Positions 63,867 through 64,000 of a stretch of 64,000 bases of DNA are shown piece after piece. Each line of letters begins with the position of its first letter. Positions within the stretch are counted from its first letter, which is position 1. The position numbers were made by a program, and so were the translations under genes. This stretch comes from Naegleria gruberi (lineage: Eukaryota). The DNA lies in assembly GCA_000004985.1 (NCBI GenBank), contig GG738896.1, one strand, 5' to 3'. Below the pieces are notes generated by a model. It made no database searches, was not told the DNA's origin, and saw only the letters and a list, made by a program, of their open reading frames with translations.

Positions 63867-64000
63867 TTTCCATAAAAGGGTGGTTTGACTGTGATTGATT
63901 ATATTGGTTACGATTCAATAATGGAAGGTTTAACTTTAAATACCATTATTGTAAAATATTGTAAAATATGTTAACAACCGAAATACTCGTACTATTATCC

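Overview
This is an AT-rich, compact eukaryotic nuclear window with the standard genetic code and short GT..AG introns of about 43-60 nt. Its two tRNA genes lack an encoded CCA. It carries at least 30 protein-coding genes on both strands, a tRNA-Phe(GAA), a tRNA-Arg(ACG) and one 83-nt assembly gap of Ns. Recognised products: an HSP90; a nucleoside diphosphate kinase with one intron; a bacterial-type glucokinase with two introns; a ferroportin/SLC40 homologue with three exons; a Rab11-like GTPase with four or more exons, interrupted by the gap; an ecdysoneless/SGT1-family protein; an RluA-type pseudouridine synthase; an ABHD17-like hydrolase; a rhodanese; a LisH-RasGEF; a p62/NBR1-like PB1-ZZ-UBA protein; several F-box/LRR proteins; a DYW-type pentatricopeptide-repeat (PPR) protein with an adjacent PPR ORF; and an ABCG half-transporter. 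A DYW-PPR protein, a bacterial-like glucokinase, AT-rich DNA and few, short introns together suggest a heterolobosean (Naegleria-like) genome; this is inference only. The most unusual element is a 15.9-kb uninterrupted ORF (20015..36013, plus a probable signal-peptide exon at 19604..19819). It encodes a protein of more than 5,300 aa: signal peptide, RCC1-like beta-propeller, EGF-like modules, about 4,000 aa of N/S/T-rich glycosylation-sequon-rich ectodomain, an ephrin-receptor-like Cys-rich module, then about 7-8 TM helices and a K/E-rich tail. This looks like a giant adhesion-GPCR-like receptor. Other noteworthy items are an ABCG transporter that appears fused to an N-terminal secreted EGF-like Cys-rich ectodomain, two near-identical 43/44-nt introns 90 nt apart inside that gene, and a RING/TRAF-BTB-pentapeptide-TLDc multidomain protein. 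No prokaryotic operons, CRISPR arrays or obvious transposons were seen.
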